A stretch of 64,000 nucleotides of DNA from Octopus vulgaris (lineage: Eukaryota), in assembly GCA_951406725.2 (NCBI GenBank), contig OX597843.1:9486001-9550000 (forward strand), in the 5' to 3' direction. A program made the position numbers and the translations under genes. The first letter of the stretch is position 1; the number at the start of each line of letters is the position of its first letter. Of this stretch, positions 38,337 through 52,268 are shown one piece after another. The notes beneath the pieces are model-generated. The model was not told the DNA's origin. It saw only the letters and a list, made by a program, of their open reading frames with translations, and made no database searches.

Positions 38337-40384
38337 CACAAGGCATATAGCAGAAGGCACTTGCCCAGGAGCGATGGGCTTCTTTCAGTTTCTGTCTACC
38401 AAATCCACTCACAAGGCATTGGTCGGTCTGGGGTTATAGCAGAAGGCACTTGCCCAGGGAGCCACGCAGTGGGACTGAACCCGGAACCATGTACTCCAGA
38501 AGCAAATTTCTTACCACTCAGCCACGCCTGCATCTCTTTATCTAGATTTAATGGAAGTGAACACAATGAACAGAATAAGCCATTGTATCCTGGTGGTAGT
38601 GATGGTGTCAGTTTGATATGACTGGGAGAGGCTGTCTCTTGTTGTGCATTGATTTTTGAAGGGCTTGTGGGGGTGCGATGGGTGTCAGATGGTGTCAGCT
38701 GACTTCCTATAATGGCCGTCTTCTGTTGATTTGGAACCTGAGAAGAAACGGAGTCCGTGATTGTTGTTTGGTTCTGTCCCATATCACCGGGTGTATATGA
38801 GGCCTTGTGTTATGTGTGCGGGGTGTGTGTTTGTGTATAGTCATTCTTTTTCACTGCGAGTGAGCGAGTGAAAGAGAGAGGGAGAGACAGACAGACAGAG
38901 AGAGAGAGAGAGAGAGAAAGAGAAAAAGAGAGAGAGGCCAACCCAAAAAATGTTTGGATATAATTGCAGATGAAGGCATAACAAATTCAAACATGATCAT
39001 TGTTGCTTTGAATAATGGAATGTTCTGTATGTATTGACGGAGAAAACATTGACCCACACACACACATACACATATGCGCATGCACACACCCACCACACAC
39101 ACACACACACACACACACATCTCTGCTTACACTATGAAGTGGGAAAAAAAACAAAATCTAAATGGAATCGTCATAGGCGCAGGTGTGGCTGTATGGTAAG
39201 AAGTTTGCTTCCCAACCATATGGTTCTGGGTTCAGTCCCACTGCCAGGCAACTTGGCCAACTGCTTCCTACAAAAGCCCTGGGCCAATCTGATAGACAGA
39301 AAGTGAAAGAGGTATACATATAGGCGCAGAAGTGGCTGTGTGGTAAGTAGCTTGCTAACCAACCACATGGTTCCGGGTTCAGTCCCACTGCCTGGCATCT
39401 TGGGCAAGTGTCTTCTGCTATAGCCCCGGGCCGACCAATGCCTTGTGAGTGGATTTGGTAGACGGAAACTGAAAGAAGCCTGTCGTATATATGTATGTGT
39501 GTGTTTGTTTCTGTGTCTGTGTTTGTTCCCCTAGGGCTAGTGTGTTTATGTCCCCGTCACTTAGCGGTTAGGCAAAAGAGATCGATAGAATAAGTACTGG
39601 GCTTACAAAGAATAAGTCCCGGGGTCGATTTGCTCGACTAAAGGCGGTGCTCCAGCATGGCCGCACTCAAATGACTGAAACAAGTAAAAGAGTATAAACA
39701 TGCATGTGCACGTGTGTGTGGTGTGTGTGTGTGTCTTTTTGCTCACCTTTTCATTGACTGACAACTTTATGTTCCCTGTAACTTAGCAATTTGGCAAAAG
39801 AGACTGATAGAACAAGCACCAAACTGAGGCTGACTTGTTCAGCAATTCAAGACAGTGCTCCAGTATGGCCAGAGCCATACAAGTAAAAGACAAAAAATAT
39901 AATACACAGACACATGTGTTTTATAGCTATCTATCATATATATATATATGTGTGTGCGTGTGTGTGTGATGACCAACAAGACTATCAGATGTTACACATC
40001 ACTGGTCACAATACACTTTTGCATTGTTTTAGCCATCAAATGGCACCCCACCCCCGGCCGGCTAGCTGAGCAGGTCGAAAGGGAGACTGGAGCAACATGA
40101 AATGAAGTGCCTTGCTCCAGAACACATCACACTGCCCAGCCAGGGAATCGAACACACATTCTGGCAATCACGTGTGCAACAGCCTAACCTCTATGAAGCG
40201 GTGCTCAGCAGCATTTCATTTGTTTTTATGTTCTGAGTTCAAATGCTGCTGAGGTCGAATTTGCCTTTCGTCCCTTAAAATAGAATACCAATTGAGCCCT
40301 GGGGGTCAATGTAATCAACTTATCCCTGCCCATAAACCTCACTGGCCCTGTGCTGAAATTTGAAACCATTATTTAATTCTAAAA

Positions 40385-41209
40385 GGCAGCGAGCTGGCAG
40401 AATCGTTAGCGCGCCGGGCGAAATGCTTAGCAGTATTTCGTCTGCCATTACGTTCTGAGTTCAAATTCCGCCGAGGTCGGCTTTGCCTTTCATCCTTTCA
40501 GGGTCGATAAATAAAGTACCAATTACGCACTAGGGTCGATGTAATCAACTTAATCCCTTTGTCTGTCCTTGTTTGTCCTCTCTGTGTTTAGCCCCTTGTG
40601 GGTAGTAAAGAAATAATTATTAAATTCTAAAAATATAATAGGGTTTTTAAAAGCATCAAATGGATTGGAGCCTGGTACAGCCATCTGGCTCGCCAGCCCT
40701 CAGTCAAACCCATGTCAGCATGGAAAGCAGACGTTAAACGACGACGACGATGATGAAATGGCTATGAAGGTTCATTGGAGAAAAACAGGAATTGAAGTGG
40801 TCCATAGGTGCAAAGCAGGTATGGATGTGTGGTAAGAAGCTGTCTTCCCAATCACATGGTTCTGGGTTCAGTTCCACTGTGTGGCACTTTGGGCATATGT
40901 TTTCTACTCTAGCCTTGGGCCGGCTAAAGTCTTGTGGGTGGATTCGGTAGACAGAAACGAAGAAGCCTGTCATAAGGTGGCGAGCTGGCAGAAATGTTAG
41001 CATGCTGGGCGAAATGCTTAGCGTTTTGTTTTTGTCTGTCTTTACGTTCTGAGTTCAAATTCCGCCGAGGCTGACTTTGCCTTTCATCCTTTTGGGGTCG
41101 ATAAATTAAGTACCAGTTAGGCACTGGGGTCGATGTAATCGACTTAATCCCTTCGCCTGTCCCTGTTTGTCCCCTCTGTGTGTAGCCCCTTGTGGGCAAT
41201 AAAGAAATA
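40385..41209 (+). mobile_element. Two monomeric SINE B copies (40385-40615; 40976-41209, nested in a SINE A)
   Basis: Match 28255-28485. Confidence 0.88.
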
Positions 41210-42113
41210 TGAAACTGAAAGATGCCTGTCGTGTATATGTGTCTGTGTTTGTTCCCCCCACCACAACTTAACAACCAGTGTTGGTGTGTTTACATTCCTA
41301 TAACTTAGCAGTTTGGCAAGAAAGATCGATAAAATAAGTACCAGGCTTAAAAAGCAAAATTACTGGGGGTCGATTCATTTGACTAAAATTCTTTCAACAT
41401 GGCCACAGTCAAATGCCTGAAACAAGTACAAGAATATATAGTAAAAACAATGGCTGAGGACCTCAGCACCAGAGGTCAAAAAAATTAAAAGATATTTCTT
41501 TATTGCCCACAAGGGGCTAAACATAGAGGGTACAAACAAGGACAGACAAAGGGATAAAGTCTATAACATCTACCCCAGTGAGTAACAGGTACTTAATTTA
41601 TCGACCCCAAAAGGATGAAAGGCAAAGTCGACCTCGGCGGAATTTGAACTCACAACGTAGCGGCAACCAGCCTGGAGCCTACGTCCTGGTGCCAAATTCC
41701 ATAGGAATCAGTTCTCTCCAAATGCTAAACCATTATTACAGTAGTGAGGAAAATCATCCAACGGCAACAGCAAACTGGGACGGCCTCTCACACTTTATAA
41801 ATTCTCCGCACATACACACAACACACACACACTCACATGCAGGCATGTAGCGTATACACACTCACACATACATTCATCACATATGGGCTTAATTAACGAA
41901 ATGTCTTAGGTTAAAATATTCAATATGACCTACTAAGAGATCGACACAGTGTTTGATACCTCTACTTCGTATATATATATATATACACACACACATTATA
42001 TACATGTGTGTGTATCTGGAAATAAAAAGATATACATTTACATATATACAGTATTGATTGTACGTACATAGTTATGTAGGTCTCTCTCTCTATATATATA
42101 TATCCATATGTAT

Positions 42114-42502
42114 AGCTGGCAGGAACGTTAGCACGCCGGGCGAAATGCTTAGCGGTATTTCATCTGCCGTTACGTTCCGAGTTCAAATTCCGTCGAGGTC
42201 GACTTTGCCTTTCATCCTTCCAGGGTCGATAAATTAGGTACCTATTTCTTTATTACCCACAAGGGGCTAAACATAGATGGGACAAACAAGGACAGACATA
42301 GGTATTAAGTCGATTCCATCGACCACAGTGTGCGTAACTGGTACTTAATTTATCGACCCCGAAAGGATGAAAGGCTAAGTCGAACTCGGGTCGATAAATT
42401 AAGTACCAGTTACGCACTGGGGTCGATGTAATCGACTTAATCCCTTTGTCTGTCCTTGTTTGCCTCCTCTGTGTTTAGCCCCATGTGGGTAGTAAAGAAA
42501 TA
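42114..42502 (+). mobile_element. SINE B containing an antisense SINE B unit (42241-42388)
   Basis: GGGTCGATAAATTA.GTACC duplicated around the inverted unit; outer ~35-bp direct repeat TATGTAGG(TC)n(TA)nTCCATA. Confidence 0.85.
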
Positions 42503-44003
42503 TATGTAGGTCTCTCTCTCTCTATATATATATCCATACATGTATATACACATATAGATGTGTAAGTCAGTCTATCAATATAAAATATACAGATGTGTAG
42601 GCCTGCCTATCTATCCATCCATCCATCCATCCATATACTCTAGGAATGGTAGATGAGTTCAGTAAAAAATTTAGATTCAGATGTAAAAAATTTAGATTCA
42701 GATGAATATGGTACTTATGTTGAGGAACCAGAATTTAGTATGGTATTATCCATACAATTTAAAATAAGGTGATTAAAATCAAAATAAGCAACAAGGATGT
42801 CCATCCATATATATCATCATCGTTTAGCATCTGCTTTCCATGCTAGCATGGGTTGGACGGTTCAACTGGGGTCTGGGAAGCCAGAAGGCTGCACCAGGCT
42901 CCAGTCTTATCTGGCAATGTTTCTACGGCTGGATGTCCTTCCTAACACCAACCACTTTTTACGTGCCACCTGCACAGGTGCCATACGAGTCTGGCAAACG
43001 GCCACGAACGGATGGTGCTTTTTACGTGCCACCGGCACGGAGGCCAGTCGGGGTGGCGCTGGCAACAGCCACGTTCGGATGGTTCGCTTACATACCACCG
43101 GCACTGGTATCACAGCTACAATTTCCATTGATGTTGATCTGATCAACGGAACAGCCTGCTACTGAAATTAACATACAAGTGGCTGAGTACTCCATAACAT
43201 GCATACCCTTAATGCAACGAAACTGGCCTATTCCAATACAGATACAACGAATTTTTGGCAGCTGAGCGGGCTGGTGTAACATGAAATCAAGTGTCATGCT
43301 CAAGGACACAACAAATTGCTGGAAGTCATCTTGCTAGTTCCCATCAAACCGTCAAACCCATACCAGCATGCAAAACGGACATTAAATGACGGTGATGATA
43401 TATATGGCGCACGAGTGGCTGTGTGGTAAGTAGCTTGCTAACCAACCACATGGTACCGGGTTCAGTCCCACTGCGCGGTATCTTGGGCAAGTGTCTTCTG
43501 CTATAGCCCCGGGCCGACCAAAGCCTTGTGAGTGGATTTGGTAGACGGATATATATATATGCGTGTGTGTGTTTGTCTCCCCAGCATTGCTTGACAACTG
43601 ATGCTGGTGTGTTTACATCCCCATCACTTAGCGGTTCGGCAAAAGAGACCGATAGAATAAGTACTGGGCTTACAAAAGAATAAGTCCCGGGGTCGAGTTG
43701 CTTAATTAAAGGCGATGCTCCAGCATGGCCGCAGTCAAATGACTGAAACAAGTAAAAGAGTAAAAGAGTATATATATATAGCCTGGTTTCCCACTGGTTA
43801 CGTCAACGCATGTTCCAGCTGCTTTGGTCAACAGAACAACCTGGCCGAGTACTCCACAGACACGTGTACCCTTCATATACTTCTAACGATGATCATACAT
43901 ACGGCCTGGTTCTTTGTTGGTTGCAACTATGAGGGTTCCAGTTGCTTTGGTCAATGGAACAACCTACTCATACTAGTGGTTGAGTACTCCACAGACAAGT
44001 GTA

Positions 44004-44590
44004 CCTATTTCTTTACTGCCCACAAGGGGCTACACACAGAGGAGACAAACAAGGACAGACAAGGAGATTAAGTCAATTACATCGACCCCAGTGTGTAACT
44101 GGTACTTATTTAATCGACCCTGAAAGGATGAAAGGCAAAGTCGACCTCGGCGGAATTTGAACTCAGAACGTAGCGGAGACGAAATACCTATTTCTTTACT
44201 ACCCACAAGGGGCTAAACACAGAGGGGACAAACAAGGATAGACAAACGGATTATGTCAATTATATCGACCCCAATGCGTAACTGGTACTTATTTAATCGA
44301 CCCCAAAAGGATGAAAGGCAAAGTCGACCTCAGCGGAATTTGAACTCAGAACGCAACGACAGACGAAATACCTATTTCTTTACAACCCACAAGGGGCTAA
44401 ACACAGAGGGGACAAACAAGGACAGACAAATGGATTAAGTCAATTATATCGACCCCAGTGCATAACTGGTAGTTATTTAATCGACCCCCGAAAGGATGAA
44501 AGGCAAAGTCGACCTCGGCGGAATTTGAACTCAGAACGTAGCGGCAGACGAAATACCGCTAAGCATTTCGCCCGGCATGCTAACGTTTCT
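44004..44590 (-). mobile_element. SINE B head plus 3 units, inserted in a family C SINE
   Basis: Junctions at 44181-44194 and 44365-44378 (period 184); TSD CTCCACAGACA.GTGTACC. Confidence 0.92.
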
Positions 44591-44802
44591 CCACAGACAT
44601 GTGTACCCTTAACGTAGTTCTCAGGGAGCAGGATGTGACAAGGTTGGCCCTTTCAATTGCAGCTACTACTCATCCTTGCCAACCCAGTGGTCTGGTGCAA
44701 CAGATGTAGAGTGTCTTGCTCAAGGATAAAACACGCCACCATGAACCGAACTCCCGACCTTACGACCGTCAAACACTCTAACCACTGAGTCATGTGCCCT
44801 CA

Positions 44803-44870
<68 letters not shown>

Positions 44871-45060
44871 TAGAATATAATTAAATTGTATGTGTATATA
44901 ATAACTGACAATGGAACAGCAAAAACAAAAACAATAAAAAAGGGGCCATCAATCCACCCACCCCCACCACTACCAGCACACAGAAACCCCTGTCTCCCGA
45001 AAGTCTGCTGTAACCTCATCACACACACCTTACATTGCACCCTACAAACTCAATGACCCA

Positions 45061-45135
<75 letters not shown>

Positions 45136-45438
45136 GCGCGCGCGCGGATGGTCATGCCCCCACCCCACACCCCGCTTCTTCCATTCCCCTATTTGTGATT
45201 TACCATTTCTATCTCATGTTTGGAAATCAGCAGACCTCAACAGATCACCAGATCCCTAATTATTATCATCGTTATTATTATTATTATTATTTTATTATTA
45301 TTTTTATTATTATTATTATTGCTGTTTGTTTTAATATCTTTGTATGTTCTACTTATCCTGAGTAACTTCTCTTCCTTCCTCACACTCACAATACTATCAT
45401 CACTACCAATTCACACACACACACACATATATATATAC

Positions 45439-45495
<57 letters not shown>

Positions 45496-46439
45496 CACAT
45501 ATATACACACACACATATATACACACACATACACACACATATATATATATATACACACACACACACATATATATATACACATACACACACACACATATAT
45601 ACACACACACATACATATATACACACACACACATATATATATACACACATACATATATACACACACATATATACACACACACATACATATATATACACAC
45701 ACACACACACACATATATAACACACACATACATATATACACATACACATACATATATAACACATGCACAGATAGGCATACGTGTAGACACACAAACATGT
45801 ATGTATGGAATATATATATATATATTACACACACACAGGGCTTAAGATGCTAATTCATTCCAGATTTTTCCACTATTTTCCTCTGCTCTGCTGCTCACCA
45901 ATCTACAATACCTATCAGACACCACTGCTACCCCCACCTCCCCCACCACCCCCACCACCACCACCATTACCACTCCCCCCTCTTCCTTATGGCTTCAAGA
46001 CACCCTGACATCACCACTGCTGCTTCCGCCCTGCCACCACCTTCGCCCCACCCACCTCTCTCGCTTCTTCAAAGAGAACACCCCCCCCCCCCCGACCACC
46101 AACACCACCTCCTCCCCATTCTCTACAAAACAATTATTCTTACAAACACACCCGCCCGCCCACCCACCCATCCATCCATCCCCTTCACGCTACCCCCCAC
46201 CCTTGTATCTATCAGAAATGAAGACTTTACTCTACATTCCTACATTTTCTTCTTTCTCGTATCTCTCAGAGCTCCTTGAAATAACCAACCATACCACTGT
46301 AACACCACCACACCATTTCAACAGTATCATAGGCTTCTTTCAGTTTCCATCTACCAAATCCCCTGACAAGACATTAGTTGATCCAGGGCTACAGTAGATG
46401 ACACTTGTCCAAGGTGCTGAACACCCTGTGCCGTGGGAG

Positions 46440-46900
46440 ACACGATGATGGCAATCCCTCAAGGTCGAGGATGATGGTCTTCGCGCAAATTTACTGGTGA
46501 GTCCGTAGGTGACCGATAAGACCAATTCTTGCTTGAAAAGATGGGGAGGCACGGTGCTGGTATAATCAATTTCTTCCATTACATCTGTATTTGTGGCGCA
46601 GTTCTCTTGCTTACCAGCTCCTGTGAAACTGTCCAACCCATGCCCGCATGGGAGACAAGAGTCCAAATTCTGCTGAGGTCGGTTTTGCCTCTCATCCTTC
46701 CAGTTGCACGTGGTTGTTGTTGGCGCTCCTTCCGTCGTCGTCTTTTCTCCTCCAGCTCTGCAGACCTTTTCGACTCGAAAGTCGCCGTTCCCTCATGGAT
46801 GGTGGTTTTCCAGAGTGGTCTGTTTTTTGCCATTTCCTCCCAGTTAGTGAAATTGATGTCACACTTTTTGAGGTTCGTTTTCAGGGAGTCCTGAATGTTC
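46440..46900 (-). mobile_element. RTE (BovB-like) LINE 3' end, interrupted
   Basis: QDSLKTNLKKCDI...WEEMAKNRPLWK..IHEG...FE.KR, and downstream FQARIGLIGHLRTHQ* zinc-finger remnant. Confidence 0.8.
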
Positions 46901-48994
46901 GTTAACATTTCCATTATCTTCAATGCTAAATTTAATAATTATGAAAGGCAATCAAATACATTATAAGCAATTATAAGAACGGCATTTAGCACATCTGAGT
47001 GTGATTGTTGCCAGGGTCAAGGATTGGCTCCCGTGCCGGTGACACGCAAAAAGCACTATTTGAGTGTGATCGTTGCCAGCGCCGCCTTACTGGCACATGT
47101 GCTGGTGGCACATGAAAAACAACATTTGAGCGTGGTCGTTGCCAGTGCCACCGGACTGGCTCCCGTGCAGGTAGCACGAAAAAAACAGCTTTTGAGTATG
47201 GATGTTGCCAGAACCGCCTGGCACCCACTACACTCTCAGAGTGGTTGGTGTTAAGAAGGGCATCCAGCTGTAGAAACTTTGCCAGATCAGATTGTACCTA
47301 TTCCAAGTGTACCTATTTCTTTACTGCCCACAAGGGGCTACACAGAGGAGGGGACAAACAAGGATAGACAAACGGATTAAGTCGATTATATCGACCCCAG
47401 TGCATAACTGGTACTTAATTTATCTATTTCTTTACTACCCACAAGGGGTTAAACCGTCCAACCCATGCCAGCATGGAAAGAGGATGTTAAATGATGACAA
47501 TAAAACGACTAGGAAACTATGGGAGAAAAAAAAAAAAAGAATCTATGTTAAAATTTTATTGGTGGCATAGAAGCCAAATTCTTCAGAACAAAATTTACAG
47601 TCGAAAAAGAGAGGTTAGCATGACTGTGGAGAAACAAGAATTCCTTGTGAATGTTGCAGAATTTGGAAAGATAGAGGGCACGGCTATGTGGTAGGAAGTT
47701 CACTTCCCAAACATATGGTTCTGGGTTCAATCCCACTGCATCGTACCTTCGGCATGAGCCTTTGACTATAGCCTTGGGCAGACCAAAGCCTTTGTGAATG
47801 GATTTGGTGGACAGAAACTGAAAGAAGCCTATTATGTGTGTGTATGTGTGTAGATAGATATAGATATGTGTATGTATATAACCAAAAACCAAATCAAAAT
47901 AGATGAACATCAATGGAATTTGTATCTTTGTGGTACCAGTGCCGGTGGCACATAAGAAAATCATCCGAACATGGCCGTAGCCAGAACCGCATCGACTGGC
48001 CTCCATGCTGTGGGCACGTAACAAACACCATCCGATCATGGTCGTTCGCCAGCCTTGTCTGGCACCTGTGTCGGTGGCACATAAAAAACACCATCCGAGC
48101 GTGGCCGTCTGCCAGCCTCGTCTGGCACCTGTGTCGGTGGCACATAAAATCACCCACTACACTCTCGGAGTGGTTGGCGTTAGGAAGGGCATCCAGCTGT
48201 AGAAACACTGCCAGATCTGACTGGCCTGGTGCAGCCTTCGGGCTCCCCAGACCCCAGTTGAACCGTCCAACCCATGCTAGCATGGAAAGCGGACGTTAAA
48301 CGATGATGATGATGATGATGATGATGAGTGTGTCGTTGTGCCTGTGTCCATCCTCCACCCCCCCCCCTACTGCTTGCCAACCAGTGTCGGTGTGTTTATG
48401 TCCCCATAACGAAGTGGCTTGGCAAAAGGGAGTCATACACTAAGTCCCAAGCTTACAAAAAAATTAAATAAATATATAAAAAAAATAGTACTGAGGTTGA
48501 AGAATTCAACAAAAATTTCAAGACGGTGCCCCAGCATGGCCACAGTCAAATGACTGAAACAAGTGGAAGAGGTTTACACAAAAAACCTACATTAATCATG
48601 TGGTTTGGAATCATATCTCTCAACAACTGTGGAAAATCTATCAGTTCCACTGATAACCAAATCCATCTGTGTTCTCCATTCACTATTCCTGGGAGCATAG
48701 TAGGGGGTAGAGTCCCCAGGCACCTCCTTAATTGGCTCCTAAAAGAAGCAACTACCATTAGACTTTCCTGATGGATTCCTAAGTGTGATCAACTGAAATT
48801 TTGGATGTTATTCAATCATTTTGATCATGGTCTACCCCTAGTTCTTCTGCCAGTTACTGGGGTGGAGTCGTCAGGCACCTCCTCAATACGGTCTCATCAG
48901 AAGCAATCACCATTCTGAGACCACCCGAGGCTATAGCAGAAGACACTTGCCCAAGATGCCACACAGTGGGACCTTATCAAATTTCTGCTGTTAT

Positions 48995-49322
48995 ATCTTG
49001 TGACTCCCTTCGGTCATGACTGACCATGGGATTGCACCTAGAAAGTTACCCTCCCAGGCACAAGTCCGGGCAAGGTTGTTTATGGAAGACCAGTAGTCAC
49101 CCATGCATACCGGACTTCCCTCTCCACGCCACCAGTGTTATCCAAGGGAAAGGCAAAGGGGCTGAGACAGCTTGGCACCTGTGATGTCGCAACTCATTTC
49201 TACAGCAATGTGAAATAAAGTGTCTTGCTCAAGAAAACAACACATAGCCCGGTCCGGGATTCGAGCTCACAACCTCACGATCGTAAGCTTGACGCTCTAA
49301 CCACTGAGCCATGTGCCTTCAC
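48995..49322 (-). mobile_element. SINE family C, tail type 3 (second copy at 62870-63185 +)
   Basis: tRNA/CORE-like head plus tail CAACCTTGCCCGGACTTGTGC...GGTGCAATCC shared by both copies. Confidence 0.85.
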
Positions 49323-50730
49323 AATCACCATTAGACATTGGATATTATCTGCTATTTTGTTCTTGGACTACTTCCAGTTCTGTCAGTTGTGGGGGTAGCT
49401 CCTCCACTGGGTCAATGCAGAGAAGTAGGGGCTTCACCTGGAGAGACTCCCTAATCTCCGAGCCATGCACTGTTGAGTAACGTTACTAGAGAGATCCTTC
49501 AGAAGGGCCCCATTTTGGTTGCTTATTCGCGATCGACTCAAAAGTAACCAGACAGCAAAGGAAATAGCAGAAAATGGTAAGCCAACCCCCCTTTGCTTGC
49601 GAAGACCTGTTGGGGCAAGTGAAATCGAAATCGGAATTGAAATTGAACCAATCCTATGACTGGCACCCGGCAGATGCCAGGACACCTGGACTGGTGGTAC
49701 ATGAAAAACGCTATCCGAATCGTGGCCGATGCCAGCGCCGCCTCGACTGGCTTCCGTGCCGGTGGCACGTAAAAAGCACCAATCCGACCGTGGCTGTTGG
49801 CAGCCTCGCCTGGCACCTGTGCAGGTGGCACGTAAAAAGCACCCACTACACTCATGGAGTGGTTGGCGTTAGGAAGGGCATCCAGCTGTAGAAACACTGC
49901 CAGATCAGACTGGAGCCTGGTCCTTCTGGCTTCCCAGATCCCCAGTTGAACCGTCCAACCCATGCTAGCGTGGAGAACGGACGATAAACGATGATGATGA
50001 TGATGATGATGGTTGGGGATGAGGGAAGGGGGGAGGGAGGTCTTGAAATAATAAAACTGTGAATGAAGAGGAAGTACGACGAAGATTGATGTTATTGTAA
50101 TGAAAAAGATAAAATGCTGTTGCTAAGAAGACAACCTGTTGTGCTCTGTAGGAAGCTTGTGTGAGACATGGGCTTGCCTCAAGCTGCTAGGCTGAAAATA
50201 GGTACGATACAAACAATATGTAGGTCACCAGGAAGAATTGGGGACACCAGTCAACTGTCAAAACAAGTTTTTCTCTGTGTGTGTGTGAGTGTGTGGTGTG
50301 AGAAAGAGTGTGTATGCATTTACATTTGTTTCAGTCATTTGACTGCGGCCATGCCAGAGCACCTCCTTTAGTCGAGCAAATCGACCCCGGGACTTATTCT
50401 TTGTAAGCCCAGTACTTATTCAATCGGCCTCTTTTGCCGAACCGCTAAGTAACGGGGACGTAAACACACCAGCATCGGTTGTCAAGCAATGTTAGGGGGA
50501 CAAACACAGACACACAAACATATATACACACACACTTATATACATATATACGACAGGCTTCTTTCAATTTCCATCTACTAAATCCACTCACAAGGCATTG
50601 GTCGGCCTGGGGCTATAGCAGAAGACACTTGCCCAAGATGCCACGCAGTGGGACTGAACTCGGAACCATGTGGTAGGTTAGCAAGCTACTTACCACACAG
50701 CCACTCATGTGCCTATGTTCAACTTTTTTT

Positions 50731-51197
50731 TTTTATGTTCAAACTGGCCAGATCCGGCCTCTCACACCTACCCTACAATGTAATTCGGAAACTAAACAAT
50801 CACATCACCGAAATACCAAAACTATGAGATAACGCAGGATTAATTCAAAACAACGTGATTAAAGAAGTGAAACATTTGACAGAGGAATCTGTATGTTAAA
50901 GGATTCCTTTAACACATTTTCTATAGCGATGTTTGAACAAAATTTTAATAATTTTATATTTTGTTGAATTTACCTATATCTACCTGCAATTAGAGTCACT
51001 TTGTGACAAAAATTATACTATAGAATTGGTTGAGAATATTTCATTAAATTATCTTCCAAAAATCAGATTAATATATTGATAAATAAAAAAGTTATAGTTG
51101 TTTAATGAAACCAGACTAAATTTATGATTACGTTAGAAATTAATTGAAACACATAAGGGGTGTATTTTGGTCAGAAATATAGTAACGAAAGGGTTAA
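50731..51197. mobile_element. Partial MITE family 1 copy (50731-50905) followed by another AT-rich TTAA-type MITE
   Basis: Contains one 108-bp-unit homolog; second element ends GTAACGAAAGGG|TTAA. Confidence 0.65.
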
Positions 51198-51240
51198 ATC
51201 AGTCGAATTTTAAAGTTTGTTCCTATCCTTGCCCTGCTTG

Positions 51241-51400
51241 CGACAACAACAACAGCAACAACACTAACAACAACGATAACAACAACAGCAACAACACTAA
51301 CAACAACAGCAGCAACAACGATAACAACAACAGCAGCAACAACGATAACAACAGCAGCAACAACAACAACAATAGCAATAGCAGCAGCGGCGGCAACACC
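51241..51400. repeat. (AAC/AGC)n trinucleotide tract
   Basis: Direct inspection. Confidence 0.9.
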
Positions 51401-51666
51401 AATAGCTGGGGGCGCACCACCCTCATTATCAAGTATCAGGTGCACTTTGACAATGCATCAGACACAACAACGCTGCACGTGGTTATCGGTGCCAGTGCTG
51501 CTTAACCAGAAATGAGGCCAATGTGCAGTGACTGCAGCAGCTGTAGGAAAGGCTGATGATGCAATGGAAAGAGAGAGAGAAGACGGTAGCTGTTATGTGT
51601 GCAGCTGCGCAACTGTACTATCGGCATCACACGTAAATTGCACTATAACAATACCTTAACACTTAA

Positions 51667-51765
51667 CACTGCAACACGCACCACTTTTACACTGCAACGT
51701 GCACTACTTTTACACTGCAACGCGCACCACTTTTACACTGCAACGCGCACTACTTTTACACTGCA
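51667..51765. repeat. 23-bp minisatellite, about 4.3 copies
   Basis: CACTGCAACGCGCACYACTTTTA units. Confidence 0.9.
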
Positions 51766-52237
51766 CTGCAAGCCAATCAAGGCCTTTATGTGATTGCCTG
51801 ACCTGCTAAAAGTAGCAGCTAAATTACATCAAACCACACAGGAGTGGCTGTGTGGTAAGTAGCTTGTTTACCAACCACATGGTTCCGGGTTCAGTCCCAC
51901 TGCGTGACATCTTGGGCAAGTGTCTTCTACTATAGCCTCGGGCCGATCAAAGCCTTGTGAGTGGATTTGGTAGACGGAAACTGAAAAGAAGCCGTCGTAT
52001 ATATGTATCTATATATATATATATATATATATGCATGTATGTGTTTGTGTGTCTGTGTTTGTCCCCCTAGCATTTGCTTGACAACCGATGCTGGTGTGTT
52101 TACGTCCCCATTACTTAGCGGTTTGGCAAAAGAGACCGATAGAATAAATACTGGACAAGTGTCTTCTGCTATAGCCTCGGGCCAACCAAAGCCCTGTGAG
52201 TGGATTTGGTAGACGGAAACTGAAAAGAAGCTCGTCG

Positions 52238-52268
<31 letters not shown>

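Noticed and set aside
49434-49560. Unique minus-strand frame ending near CAG|GTGAAG
   Set aside because: No similarity to the expected upstream CUX exon and no clear acceptor
51167-51505. Poly-Asn/Ser ORF
   Set aside because: (AAC)n tract with no splice or homology support
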